Assembly (NCBI GenBank): GCA_031373235.1
Contig: JANMMK010000048.1
Coordinates: 1 to 44,942, forward strand
Length of the DNA: 44,942 nucleotides
Direction of reading: 5' to 3'
Source: a bacterium
Lineage (GTDB): Bacteria > Patescibacteriota > Minisyncoccia > Phycocordibacterales > CAIRYW01
Positions 9,200 through 17,946 of this stretch are shown piece by piece. Position numbers and translations under genes: made by a program. Positions within the stretch are counted from its first letter, which is position 1. Each line of letters begins with the position of its first letter. The notes beneath the pieces were generated by a model. The model worked only from the letters and a program-made list of their open reading frames with translations, was not told the origin of the DNA and made no database searches.

Positions 9200-9949
9200 T
9201 TATATAGAATCAATCAACAAAGAAATACTTTTTATATCCAGACTCGCCCTCCCGATAAGCAGGCCATTTACACCACCCTCAGTCAAAATACCCTTAGCAT
9301 TTTTTTGATCAACAGATCCACCGTATAAAATAGGAACTTTATGCGCAAGCGCATTTCCATACTTTGTCATTAATACTTTCCTAATGAAAATAGTAGTTTC
9401 TTGTATCAGGTCATTCTCCATGACTCCACTTCCTAAAGCACCAATGGCCCAGACTGGTTCATATGCTAGAACAATATCTTTTATTTGTTTTTTAGAAACA
9501 CCTGCAAGCGAAGCATCTATCATTTCTCTGATATCGTTAAAAAAATTACCTTCTTTGTCTCGCAGACTTTCTCCCACACAGATAATTGGAGTGAGCTTCG
9601 CCTTAAGTGCACGAGAAACTTTTTCGGCCACCAAACTTCCACTCTCACCTTGGCCCCTTCTTTCAGAATGACCGACAATAACATACTTAACACCGAGAGA
9701 CTGGAGCATTTCGGCACCAACCTCTCCTGTATGAGAACCTTTCTCAAAAGATGAAACATCTTGCGCACCAAGTAAAACTTTTTTATCTTTTGAAGTAAGC
9801 AGTCCCAGAAAAGAAGTTGGTGGACAAATAACTACACTGAGCTTCTTACTTTTTTTGACGGCCTGTTTTTTTGTTTCATTATATAAAGTCTTTGCCACAA
9901 CGATACTCTGTGGATTCATTTTCCAGTTACACGCAATAATATATTTCAT
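9200..9949 (-). CDS. tpiA: triosephosphate isomerase
   Basis: 249 aa. NWKMN, VGHSERR, AYEPVWAIG and YGGSV motifs. 5-nt gap to pgk. Confidence 0.95.
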   Translation of the reverse strand: MKYIIACNWKMNPQSIVVAKTLYNETKKQAVKKSKKLSVVICPPTSFLGLLTSKDKKVLLGAQDVSSFEKGSHTGEVGAEMLQSLGVKYVIVGHSERRGQGESGSLVAEKVSRALKAKLTPIICVGESLRDKEGNFFNDIREMIDASLAGVSKKQIKDIVLAYEPVWAIGALGSGVMENDLIQETTIFIRKVLMTKYGNALAHKVPILYGGSVDQKNAKGILTEGGVNGLLIGRASLDIKSISLLIDSI

Positions 9950-9992
9950 AAGAGATATTCTACCTGAACAAACTCATTCTAAGAAGGGGTAC

Positions 9993-11996
9993 TTAATTTG
10001 CCACTTCGTCCCAACTTTCAACAACCCATCCACTTGAAGGACCTGATTCAAAATCTATGTCTGCTAACCCCGCATCGTAATTGACACTAGAACCTCCGCC
10101 TATATACATACTTTCCGCCGTTACTTGTTTAAGAGACGACCCTCCAGAAATATATACATATCCATTTGGAGCAAAGACTGCAACCGCCCCAGATCCACCA
10201 GAAAGACTAACTGCATTCGCAGCTCCTCCACAGTTACCAGGGCAATCAGAAAGACTCGCTATAAGAAGATAACTCCCCGAAGTACCTGAGCCATCAAAGT
10301 CACCTCCTCCGCTTCCATCAACTCTTCCGTCAGAGAGAATAAGACCATCTCTTGTACCCATACTTGTATCAAGTCTTATATGTGAACCTCCTGACAAACT
10401 AATGTTTCCAACAGACCAAAATGTTGCTTTTGTTTTCAGTGTACTTCCACCAGAGAGACTTGTAGTACCAGAAACCTTAGTAAGCCCCACAGTCATATCT
10501 TCACCTTGGTTTATAAAATTTCCACCGACATATAAACTATTTGCTATAAAGTGAGCACCTCCAGAAACATTGAGATCCCCTGTAACATAAAGATCTCCAA
10601 ATGTAGCAGTTCCGCCTCCATTTATAGTTAAATTTCCATTTACTCTTCGGAGCACAGTTGTACTCGTACCCAAAGATCCGATAGTTAAGTTTCCTGTATA
10701 AGCCCACCCTCCAGATATAGCATCAGTAGCATCTGTCACCACACTTTTCCATTCTGTAATGTTTGCATCTGATATTGGGTATGCCAGTAAGGGTGCACTA
10801 GTTTGGTTCGTACAACTTTTTACAGCGCCACTAGAAAGAACATACGTATAAGTATTATTCTGGCAATACAAACTACCTGCTATATCAGCATTCTTAACTT
10901 CATATGCCCATGCATTACCAACACCTCCTGTTCCAATTCTAATTTTATTATACTGACTGATTCCTTCTATTTTATTCATAGTACCCCCTGCATAGACATC
11001 AAAAAACATATCTCCTGTTGCTGGGGTTATGGCATTCCATGTCCCACCAGTAGAAGAGTTCCAACTACCTGCTTTAGCAACACCATTCGCATAGGTGGCA
11101 GTAGAAACCTTTGTTGTGTAATACCTCGAAGAGTGATTCGAACCATAGTCAAGGACAATCCAATACTGTGTCCCTGGAGTAAGTGCTACCGGAGAAGAGA
11201 GTGGTACTGGAATGTAAGCAAAACTAGTGGCAACGCTACTAGCAGAAATATTCTTTGAAGCTAAGGTTGTTCCTCCTGGATTTGATCCTGAGTTAGAGAC
11301 AATTCTTAAAGTAATATCCCCTACTGACCCAGTCTTTTTTAGATACACTCTAAGAAAAGTAACGCTTGTGGTTGTAGAAACCTGAAAACCCTGAGCAACA
11401 TCCTGCAGTGCAGAAGTTTTTCCAAAGTCCAAATCAGTTGAAGACCCCGAAGAATTTGTCTGGTCGATTGAGGGATAAGAATCATTCGCGACCGTTGCAG
11501 ACCCTGTAACAATAGCTGCAGCGCCTGTCATAACAATGTTTCCGTTTGAATACACACTGCCGTTTATAGTTCCACTATTTATTGTTATTCCTCCTGTTCC
11601 AATTTGTGCACTATACGAAAGAGAGACTCCTGAACCAGTAGAAAAGACACCTTTCGCAGAACGAGTGGTTATCCCTGAGTTTCCATTTACATTTATTTCT
11701 GTGGCACCAGAAGCGTTTGTTGTTATCAGTGCCGAAGCAGTAACGTTGTTTGAAAACGATAATACAAAAGATGAAGGAAGTGTTTGCCCTTGATTGAGAC
11801 GGTACAAAGCGTCTTCAGTTGCTGAATCTGCTGCAAGATAACTTTGTCTAGCTTTAAACGCTTCCCTCGCTGCTTTTATATTATTTGCAGTTGGCACCAC
11901 AATCCCAGCAATAATTGTCGATGAGATAATTAAGAAAAACAATACCGCCACCATGACAGCTTGCCCACGCTTGTAGATGTTTTTTTGATGCTTCAT
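9993..11996 (-). CDS. large pilus-associated protein: PilX-like N-terminal anchor plus beta-helix-like G/S/T-rich repeats
   Basis: 667 aa. N-terminus KRGQAVMVAVLFFLIISSTIIAG is followed by an amphipathic helix as in the PilX_N/TadG-type minor pilin N-terminus. The C-terminal half has repeated xGGxxxx(V/I/L)xG strands. It is the last gene of the pilB-pilC-pseudopilin string. Confidence 0.7.
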   Translation of the reverse strand: MKHQKNIYKRGQAVMVAVLFFLIISSTIIAGIVVPTANNIKAAREAFKARQSYLAADSATEDALYRLNQGQTLPSSFVLSFSNNVTASALITTNASGATEINVNGNSGITTRSAKGVFSTGSGVSLSYSAQIGTGGITINSGTINGSVYSNGNIVMTGAAAIVTGSATVANDSYPSIDQTNSSGSSTDLDFGKTSALQDVAQGFQVSTTTSVTFLRVYLKKTGSVGDITLRIVSNSGSNPGGTTLASKNISASSVATSFAYIPVPLSSPVALTPGTQYWIVLDYGSNHSSRYYTTKVSTATYANGVAKAGSWNSSTGGTWNAITPATGDMFFDVYAGGTMNKIEGISQYNKIRIGTGGVGNAWAYEVKNADIAGSLYCQNNTYTYVLSSGAVKSCTNQTSAPLLAYPISDANITEWKSVVTDATDAISGGWAYTGNLTIGSLGTSTTVLRRVNGNLTINGGGTATFGDLYVTGDLNVSGGAHFIANSLYVGGNFINQGEDMTVGLTKVSGTTSLSGGSTLKTKATFWSVGNISLSGGSHIRLDTSMGTRDGLILSDGRVDGSGGGDFDGSGTSGSYLLIASLSDCPGNCGGAANAVSLSGGSGAVAVFAPNGYVYISGGSSLKQVTAESMYIGGGSSVNYDAGLADIDFESGPSSGWVVESWDEVAN

Positions 11997-11999
11997 AGT

Positions 12000-12551
12000 T
12001 TAATTATAAGAACCCCTTAAGACGCCCGTCGTATAAAAGTCACTAACTATTTCAGGAAAGCTTGTACTACTAATAGTAAGCTCCACTTTTAAAGTTTCAC
12101 TAGTAGTCGTAGCGGACCTCCTTAATCGAAGGGCATCAATAGTCGTTCTTTTCGAAGTTACGGGCCCCAAAAGAACATCGTCCTCATCAACCATCACCTG
12201 TCCATCAACTACATAAAACCTCACTGTGTGTGGAACACCAGAAACAATTTTATTTAACTTAATAATTCCAATCTCTGGATCACACCCCGCTGCAAAAGGA
12301 GGGTCATACAAACAAGAAGCTGAGGTATCGACAGAAGTAGCAGAACGCACCTCTCGCATCATCCTGTCGAGCGCAACATTGGCAGAGTTTTCTATCTGCC
12401 CTCTACTCTTCGCTTTTTTATAGGTCTTCATTATTTCAACTGATGAATACACAATTGCAGAAAATAAAAAAGAAACGATGGCCACATAAATAATAGCCTC
12501 CACTAGAGAAAAACCAGACTGTTTTTTAGTTTGAAAAAATGTTTGATACAT
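12000..12551 (-). CDS. prepilin-type N-terminal cleavage/methylation domain protein (pseudopilin)
   Basis: MYQTFFQTKKQSG|FSLVEAIIYVAIVSFLF is a class III signal. The track start at 12602 is GTG; ATG chosen at 12549-12551. The 26-nt overlap with the upstream pseudopilin is plausible. Confidence 0.78.
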   Translation of the reverse strand: MYQTFFQTKKQSGFSLVEAIIYVAIVSFLFSAIVYSSVEIMKTYKKAKSRGQIENSANVALDRMMREVRSATSVDTSASCLYDPPFAAGCDPEIGIIKLNKIVSGVPHTVRFYVVDGQVMVDEDDVLLGPVTSKRTTIDALRLRRSATTTSETLKVELTISSTSFPEIVSDFYTTGVLRGSYN

Positions 12552-13014
12552 ATGATTCCATTGTTTTAGTAGTTGTAGCACCTCCATCATTCCACGAAAC
12601 ACTCACCACAACTTTCTTGGTGTTTACGTCGGTTGTTCCTCCTGAAGAAACTATGTTATTACTCCCGTCGCGACCAACAGCCGATAAGACAAATGTTCTA
12701 TCAAACTTGCCATCAATAAAAGTATTCGTAGTCGTCGCCTGCCATCTTCCCGATGTCCATGCAAGCCTATACGAAGTGCCAACGGTTAGATTGCCGATGT
12801 GTGTAGCCCAGCCAAAATCTCTCATGTTTTTTAATGCCTCATTTCCTTCTTCGGCCAAAAAAGCAGACTGAAGATACGCAGTGTTTTTTAGGGTAGATTT
12901 TAATGCAATAGCATACGAAGAAAAAATTGTTGTAACTGCCAAAAGAAAAATTGAAGAAGCTATAACAATTTCAATAAGTGAAAAGCCTTTTTCTTTAAAA
13001 GAAAAATTAAACAT
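12526..13014 (-). CDS. prepilin-type N-terminal cleavage/methylation domain protein (pseudopilin)
   Basis: MFNFSFKEKG|FSLIEIVIASSIFLLAV. Confidence 0.8.
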   Translation of the reverse strand: MFNFSFKEKGFSLIEIVIASSIFLLAVTTIFSSYAIALKSTLKNTAYLQSAFLAEEGNEALKNMRDFGWATHIGNLTVGTSYRLAWTSGRWQATTTNTFIDGKFDRTFVLSAVGRDGSNNIVSSGGTTDVNTKKVVVSVSWNDGGATTTKTMESYVSNIFSN

Positions 13015-13024
13015 AAATACCTAT

Positions 13025-13492
13025 TTATTGTACCTCAACAAAACCAGTTCCGTAAATATTAATAGTTTTCTTTGATCCATCAGAATGCCTCACTTCAAAT
13101 GTACCCGTCGCACTCGGCTCTCCTGAGAGTCGATAAAAATAAAAATTCGATAGGCCGTTTGTTAGTGAGACGTTCCAAATTTTGTCTTTTGAAGAAAGTG
13201 TATATACAGTTGAAGTTGCAGGGGATGCCGCGTTTGTGCCATAAAATATGGTAACTGTGGTTGATGCAAAACTAACCCCATGTTCTTTATTTGAAAGAGA
13301 GTTAATCGCATTACTTCTTGATTTATTGATATAAGAAACTACAATCTCTGCTTCTTTATCAAGAGACTGACTATTAGAGAGTGAAGAAAAAATACCCACC
13401 GAAATAGAAGTTACGATGCCTATGATCGCAATAACCATTAAGACTTCTATCATTGAGATACCGGTATTGTTTTTTTTAAAATTTGAAAACAT
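13025..13492 (-). CDS. prepilin-type pseudopilin, GspH/FimT-like
   Basis: MFSNFKKNNTG|ISMIEVLMVIAIIGIVTSI; size and N-terminus fit the GspH/FimT class. Confidence 0.78.
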   Translation of the reverse strand: MFSNFKKNNTGISMIEVLMVIAIIGIVTSISVGIFSSLSNSQSLDKEAEIVVSYINKSRSNAINSLSNKEHGVSFASTTVTIFYGTNAASPATSTVYTLSSKDKIWNVSLTNGLSNFYFYRLSGEPSATGTFEVRHSDGSKKTINIYGTGFVEVQ

Positions 13493-13503
13493 GTATTAAA
13501 TAA

Positions 13504-14709
13504 TTAAATAGTATCAAGCACAGAATACATTGGAGTAATCATCGAAACCGCAAAAAATCCTACTCCAAGTCCTATAATAACCATCAAAAAAGGCTCGATG
13601 ATTTGGGACATATCTTTAGTTTGTTGGTCTACCTCATTCTCATAAAAATCAGCAACCTCCTTAAACATTTCAGAAATATTTCCCGTCTCTTCGCCAACAC
13701 TTGCCATCTCAGTAATAAAAGGAGGGTAAAGCTTTGGATGAAGAGCAAACACACCAGACATCGGCTGACCCTTTTGAATAACATCTGAAACATCCTTCAT
13801 AACTCTTTTATAATAAATATTTTGGAGTACCTCTCCGGTAATTTCTGAAGCTCGCACTACTTCAACTCCCGATGAAAGGAGTGACGCAAATGTCCTTGCT
13901 GTTCTTGCAGTATTAGTCTCGACAATAATATTTCCCACGACTGGAATCTTTAAAATAAGTTTATGAATTATTTTTTTTCCTACTTCTTTTTTTGAAGCAA
14001 CATAAAGAAAACTTCCAGCCCCAAAAACAAGAAGAATGGCAATTAAATAATGTGCCCGCAAAAAATCACTGAGTCCTATGACCACCCTTGTCGTGAAAGG
14101 AAGTTCAACATTTAATTCCTTAAATGTTGAAGTCAAACTCGGAACCACTAACGTTAACATCAAAATACCAATACCAATCATCACTGTAATAATAATACCA
14201 GGATACATCATTGCCCCCCTTACCTTCCGAAGAAGTGTATAGTTTTTGTCCATCTGATCTCCAACAAGCTTCAAAGATTCTGTAAGAGACCCTGATTCTT
14301 CACCGGCTTTCACCATCGAAGTAAATAAAGAATTAAAAGAAGATGGGTACTTTTCTAATGACTCATAGAGCGTCTTCCCTCCCGCAACAGTGCCAATAAT
14401 ATCTGAGAGCATACTTTTTAGTTTCTTCGAAGTAGCTTGTCTTTCCATTACTTGCAGTGCCCTTGTTAAAGAAAGTCCCGCCTTAAGCATGGCACTTAAG
14501 TTTCTAGCAAAAATTATTTTTTGATGAATATTTAGTGAACCGCCAAAAGAAAACAGTTCCATCTTTTTCTTTTGCACTTCTTCCTTAGAAGAAATAAGTG
14601 TAAAATTTTGTTTCTTAAGATCCTTATATAGCGCAAATTTATCAACAGCAGAAAAAGATCCTTCTCCTGTAACTCCTTCGGCTGTCTTATATGTAACTTT
14701 ATAATTCAT
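13504..14709 (-). CDS. pilC: type IV pilus / T2SS platform protein (GspF/PilC family)
   Basis: 401 aa with a duplicated T2SS-F domain layout and 3 TM segments. Directly downstream of the ATPase. Confidence 0.9.
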   Translation of the reverse strand: MNYKVTYKTAEGVTGEGSFSAVDKFALYKDLKKQNFTLISSKEEVQKKKMELFSFGGSLNIHQKIIFARNLSAMLKAGLSLTRALQVMERQATSKKLKSMLSDIIGTVAGGKTLYESLEKYPSSFNSLFTSMVKAGEESGSLTESLKLVGDQMDKNYTLLRKVRGAMMYPGIIITVMIGIGILMLTLVVPSLTSTFKELNVELPFTTRVVIGLSDFLRAHYLIAILLVFGAGSFLYVASKKEVGKKIIHKLILKIPVVGNIIVETNTARTARTFASLLSSGVEVVRASEITGEVLQNIYYKRVMKDVSDVIQKGQPMSGVFALHPKLYPPFITEMASVGEETGNISEMFKEVADFYENEVDQQTKDMSQIIEPFLMVIIGLGVGFFAVSMITPMYSVLDTI

Positions 14710-14735
14710 TCTAAAATATAAATTTTGAAGTTGAC

Positions 14736-16487
14736 CTATTCTGATACCACTCGAAGCACTTCTTCAATAGTCGTAAGTCCTTTCACTGCACTCAAAATAC
14801 CGTCCTCGATCATAGTGATCATACCCTCTTTACGTGCTTGTGCCTCAATATCACTAGATGTCTTTCCTTCCATAACCATTTGCCGGAGCGTTGGAGTGAC
14901 TTTGAGCACCTCATGAATTCCTACTCGAGAGTGAAACCCGTCAGGATATTCTTTTGAAGGATTCGGTTTCCAAAACGGCACCTCATTCCAAGTAGCTTTT
15001 GGCTTCACTACTTTTTCTTCCACGAGTACTTCAAGTACTCTGTCTAAATTTATTTTTTTACCAAGTTGAGCCAGCTCTGCTTTTGTAAGAAAAAAACTTT
15101 CCTTTGGTTTTTGAAGTCTTCTAATAAGTCTTTGACCAATAATCACCTGGAGTGTTGATACTAAAAGAAACGGCTCCACTTTCATATCAAGTAAACGAGG
15201 GATGGCACCCGCTGCGGAGTTGGTGTGCAGTGTCGAAAGCACTAAGTGCCCAGTCAAAGCCGCGTTGATACCAAGTGACGCTGTTTCATTGTCTCGAATC
15301 TCTCCCACCATAATAATATCTGGGTCTTGTCTTACTAGTGAGCGCAGTCCGTTAGCAAAAGTAAATCCGATTTCTGGCTTTACCTGTGTTTGATTGATCC
15401 GTTTCATCTGATATTCAACAGGATCTTCTACTGTTGAAATATTTACATCCGGAGTATTAAGGAGGTCGAGCACTGTATATAGTGTTGTTGATTTTCCAGA
15501 ACCAGTTGGCCCTGTAGTCAAAATCATTCCTGTCGTGAGTTTTGTTGCTTCATGAATATCATCAAGTCCTTTACCGTGAAACCCAAGTCCCTCGAGTGTA
15601 AAGCCTGAAACACTTTCCTTCAAAAGACGCATTACTGTCTTTTCTCCAAAATAAGTTGGCAGTATTGAAACTCGAAACGCAACCTTCTCACCGCCCATAT
15701 CAACCTTAAACCGCCCATCTTGCGGTAAACGCTTTTCATCAAGCTTGAGTGCTGCCAAAACTTTAATTCTCGCGGTGATACCAGAACCAGCTACTTTTGG
15801 CAGAATCATCGCATCGTGAAGCAAGCCGTCGATCCGATACCTCACAACCACTTCAGCTTCGTAAGGCTCAATATGAATATCTGAAGCGTCTTGAATGATG
15901 GCGTGTTTAAGTAGTGTTTCTACAATTCTCACTACCGGTAGTTCCTCTGCAATCTTTTTAAGATCATCGACAGACTGCTCACTACCGTCATCCATCGTGA
16001 TAGATTTCAAAGTAGCAGATTCCTTGGTAATAATGTCACCGAAATCCGCCTTCAAACTTTTTTGATACTGAAGAAGTGTTGCCTTCATGGACTCAACTGA
16101 AGTCAACCTTGGCAAAATTCTTAGGTTTGTTTTTTTCTTTACGAAATCAATTGCCGAAAGATCATCGGTGTCGAGCATCGCCACCTCAAGAGAATCGATA
16201 TTTTTTTTAAACGCTACAATATTATGGTTTCTTGCAATAGGCTCAGGAATCAAAGAAAGAGTTTCATAATCAAGTTTTTGACTTTTTAAATCAACAAAAG
16301 GAATTCCCAAAATATATGCTTGCATTCGCCCAAGATCATCGCTAGAAATTTTTCCTTGGTTAACTAAAATCTCCGAGAGGTCTTTTCCTTTTTCAAGTGC
16401 TTCTTTTTTTGCACTATCAATATCAACTTTAGCTACCAGTCCGGAGTCAATGATAAAAATTTCAAGTTGTTGTTGATTGATGAACAT
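14736..16487 (-). CDS. pilB: type IV pilus assembly ATPase (GspE/PilB family)
   Basis: Walker A GPTGSGKST, Asp box, Walker B DPDIIMVGEIRD and His box LVLSTLHTN, with an N-terminal T2SSE_N-like domain. The track start at 16520 is GTG inside a terminator hairpin; ATG at 16485-16487 (MFINQQQ). Confidence 0.92.
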   Translation of the reverse strand: MFINQQQLEIFIIDSGLVAKVDIDSAKKEALEKGKDLSEILVNQGKISSDDLGRMQAYILGIPFVDLKSQKLDYETLSLIPEPIARNHNIVAFKKNIDSLEVAMLDTDDLSAIDFVKKKTNLRILPRLTSVESMKATLLQYQKSLKADFGDIITKESATLKSITMDDGSEQSVDDLKKIAEELPVVRIVETLLKHAIIQDASDIHIEPYEAEVVVRYRIDGLLHDAMILPKVAGSGITARIKVLAALKLDEKRLPQDGRFKVDMGGEKVAFRVSILPTYFGEKTVMRLLKESVSGFTLEGLGFHGKGLDDIHEATKLTTGMILTTGPTGSGKSTTLYTVLDLLNTPDVNISTVEDPVEYQMKRINQTQVKPEIGFTFANGLRSLVRQDPDIIMVGEIRDNETASLGINAALTGHLVLSTLHTNSAAGAIPRLLDMKVEPFLLVSTLQVIIGQRLIRRLQKPKESFFLTKAELAQLGKKINLDRVLEVLVEEKVVKPKATWNEVPFWKPNPSKEYPDGFHSRVGIHEVLKVTPTLRQMVMEGKTSSDIEAQARKEGMITMIEDGILSAVKGLTTIEEVLRVVSE

Positions 16488-16503
16488 AATATCTATTAGT
16501 ATA

Positions 16504-16540
16504 ACAAAAAAACACCACACAATATAATTGTATGGTGTTT
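16504..16540 (-). terminator. intrinsic terminator after the 359-aa secreted protein gene
   Basis: AACACCATA...TGTGGTGTT stem read on the - strand, followed by a U7 run. Confidence 0.65.
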
Positions 16541-16561
16541 ATAAATTAATTATTGGTGAAA

Positions 16562-17641
16562 TTAATTTGCTGTATCTGCAGGGTAAGTACAAACATAAAT
16601 TTCCTCTCCCGCAGCACCCCAGTTGTCGTAAGGTTTTACGACTTTCTTTGCTATCTCCTTATTAGGATTCGAAGTATTGGTATCATCTCTTAATATGACT
16701 TGATAAGTTGTGCCTGTCGTTGCACTAACAGTACTATACCCTCTGAATATATTGGTTGAGGTTGTATTTCCATTTGTTCCACCCCTTATGTTATCCGTAC
16801 TCGTCCAAGAGCCAGTATTGAAATCTTCTCGGTAATCTACATACCTTACTCTTGCAACATAATCTTTCCAATAATTTGAGTTTGGTCCAACAACCCTCTT
16901 ATACATAACCTGCTTAAGAACACATCCTTCATCAGCGTTGCAGCCAGTTGGAGAACTAGTATTATACCCTGGCAAATTTATACTACTATACCCCCAAGCT
17001 TTGGCACTTTGTGTCCCTATTTTGGTATCTGTATTTCTATAGAAAAGTTCTCCGTTCACGAACTGATAATTAGAAATATCTGAATTCGCACGACTACTTG
17101 CGTACTCAGCATACGGAATAGTAAGAGGGACACCATTACTGTCTGTTAAAGTAGAAGCCGCTGGGTTTGCACCACACACAAGACTCTCGTCGATTTGCAT
17201 GTTTAGTAAGTCAGTAATTTGGGATGGTGCAAAACAATCAAGGCCATTGTGGTCACAATACTTCAAAGCTCCTGCATTTCCATTTACACCAAAAATAATC
17301 GGCAGTGATTCCCCTGGGAACATTGTTCCATTTGCCCTTACTGTGAGATCCTCACTGTGTTCATACCCCACAAACAAAAGATCTTTCAACCTCAAACCAA
17401 ACATCCGAAGAGCTCCTGATTTTGTCTGCTCACTAGGAGAAACACTTAAGAATTCTGGAGCATTACATGTCCCCGGAGCTCCACATGGCCCAGAAAAAGA
17501 ACTGCCACCACTGCCAGCAACAGGTTTAATGATGTTATCTTTTATAAAAGTCTCGTCAGTTTGAGCTCCCACAAACGACACTCCTAAAAGGACAACTGTC
17601 GAGATCATTGCGAGACTTAATTTTTGTTTATAATTTTTCAT
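16562..17641 (-). CDS. secreted hypothetical protein (359 aa, Sec signal peptide)
   Basis: N-terminus MKNYKQKLSLAMISTVVLLGVSFVGAQT, Cys pairs and S/T/N-rich composition. No known domain recognised. Confidence 0.72.
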   Translation of the reverse strand: MKNYKQKLSLAMISTVVLLGVSFVGAQTDETFIKDNIIKPVAGSGGSSFSGPCGAPGTCNAPEFLSVSPSEQTKSGALRMFGLRLKDLLFVGYEHSEDLTVRANGTMFPGESLPIIFGVNGNAGALKYCDHNGLDCFAPSQITDLLNMQIDESLVCGANPAASTLTDSNGVPLTIPYAEYASSRANSDISNYQFVNGELFYRNTDTKIGTQSAKAWGYSSINLPGYNTSSPTGCNADEGCVLKQVMYKRVVGPNSNYWKDYVARVRYVDYREDFNTGSWTSTDNIRGGTNGNTTSTNIFRGYSTVSATTGTTYQVILRDDTNTSNPNKEIAKKVVKPYDNWGAAGEEIYVCTYPADTAN

Positions 17642-17690
17642 AATATTTTTTACTAATTATTAATATTTATTACCCTACTTAATATAAAAC

Positions 17691-17924
17691 CTATTTTTCT
17701 GGACCCAAAAAAGTATTCCTGACCTCCTTCTCTTGCTTCGGTGTTAATGGCTTATACTTTTCCGGAGAAACTGGCGCCAAGAACTTTTCTACGATCTTTT
17801 TTTCCATAACAGTGTCTGCTTTTTCTACATCTTGCACTGCGTACTTTCTCCACAGAAAGAAAGAAACGAAAAGCACCAAGATGATCCCTAAAATTATATA
17901 TATTTTTGTTGATCCTTTTTTCAT
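17691..17924 (-). CDS. small membrane-anchored protein (77 aa)
   Basis: One N-terminal TM (IYIILGIILVLFVSFFLW) and a Lys/Glu-rich tail. Confidence 0.5.
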   Translation of the reverse strand: MKKGSTKIYIILGIILVLFVSFFLWRKYAVQDVEKADTVMEKKIVEKFLAPVSPEKYKPLTPKQEKEVRNTFLGPEK

Positions 17925-17946
17925 AAATTATTTTATCATGTTTAAA

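Noticed and set aside
9993-11996. The large variable-looking surface protein, or the 445-aa repeat protein, as a diversity-generating retroelement target
   Set aside because: The window contains no reverse transcriptase gene and no template/variable repeat pair.
16488-16520. N-terminal extensions implied by track starts (pilB 16520, pseudopilin 12602, HIT 7577, MYG1-like 42105, MTase 42877, 5689, 2267)
   Set aside because: These first codons are GTG or TTG. They overlap terminator hairpins or upstream genes, or add non-homologous residues. The first in-frame ATG fits family N-termini better.
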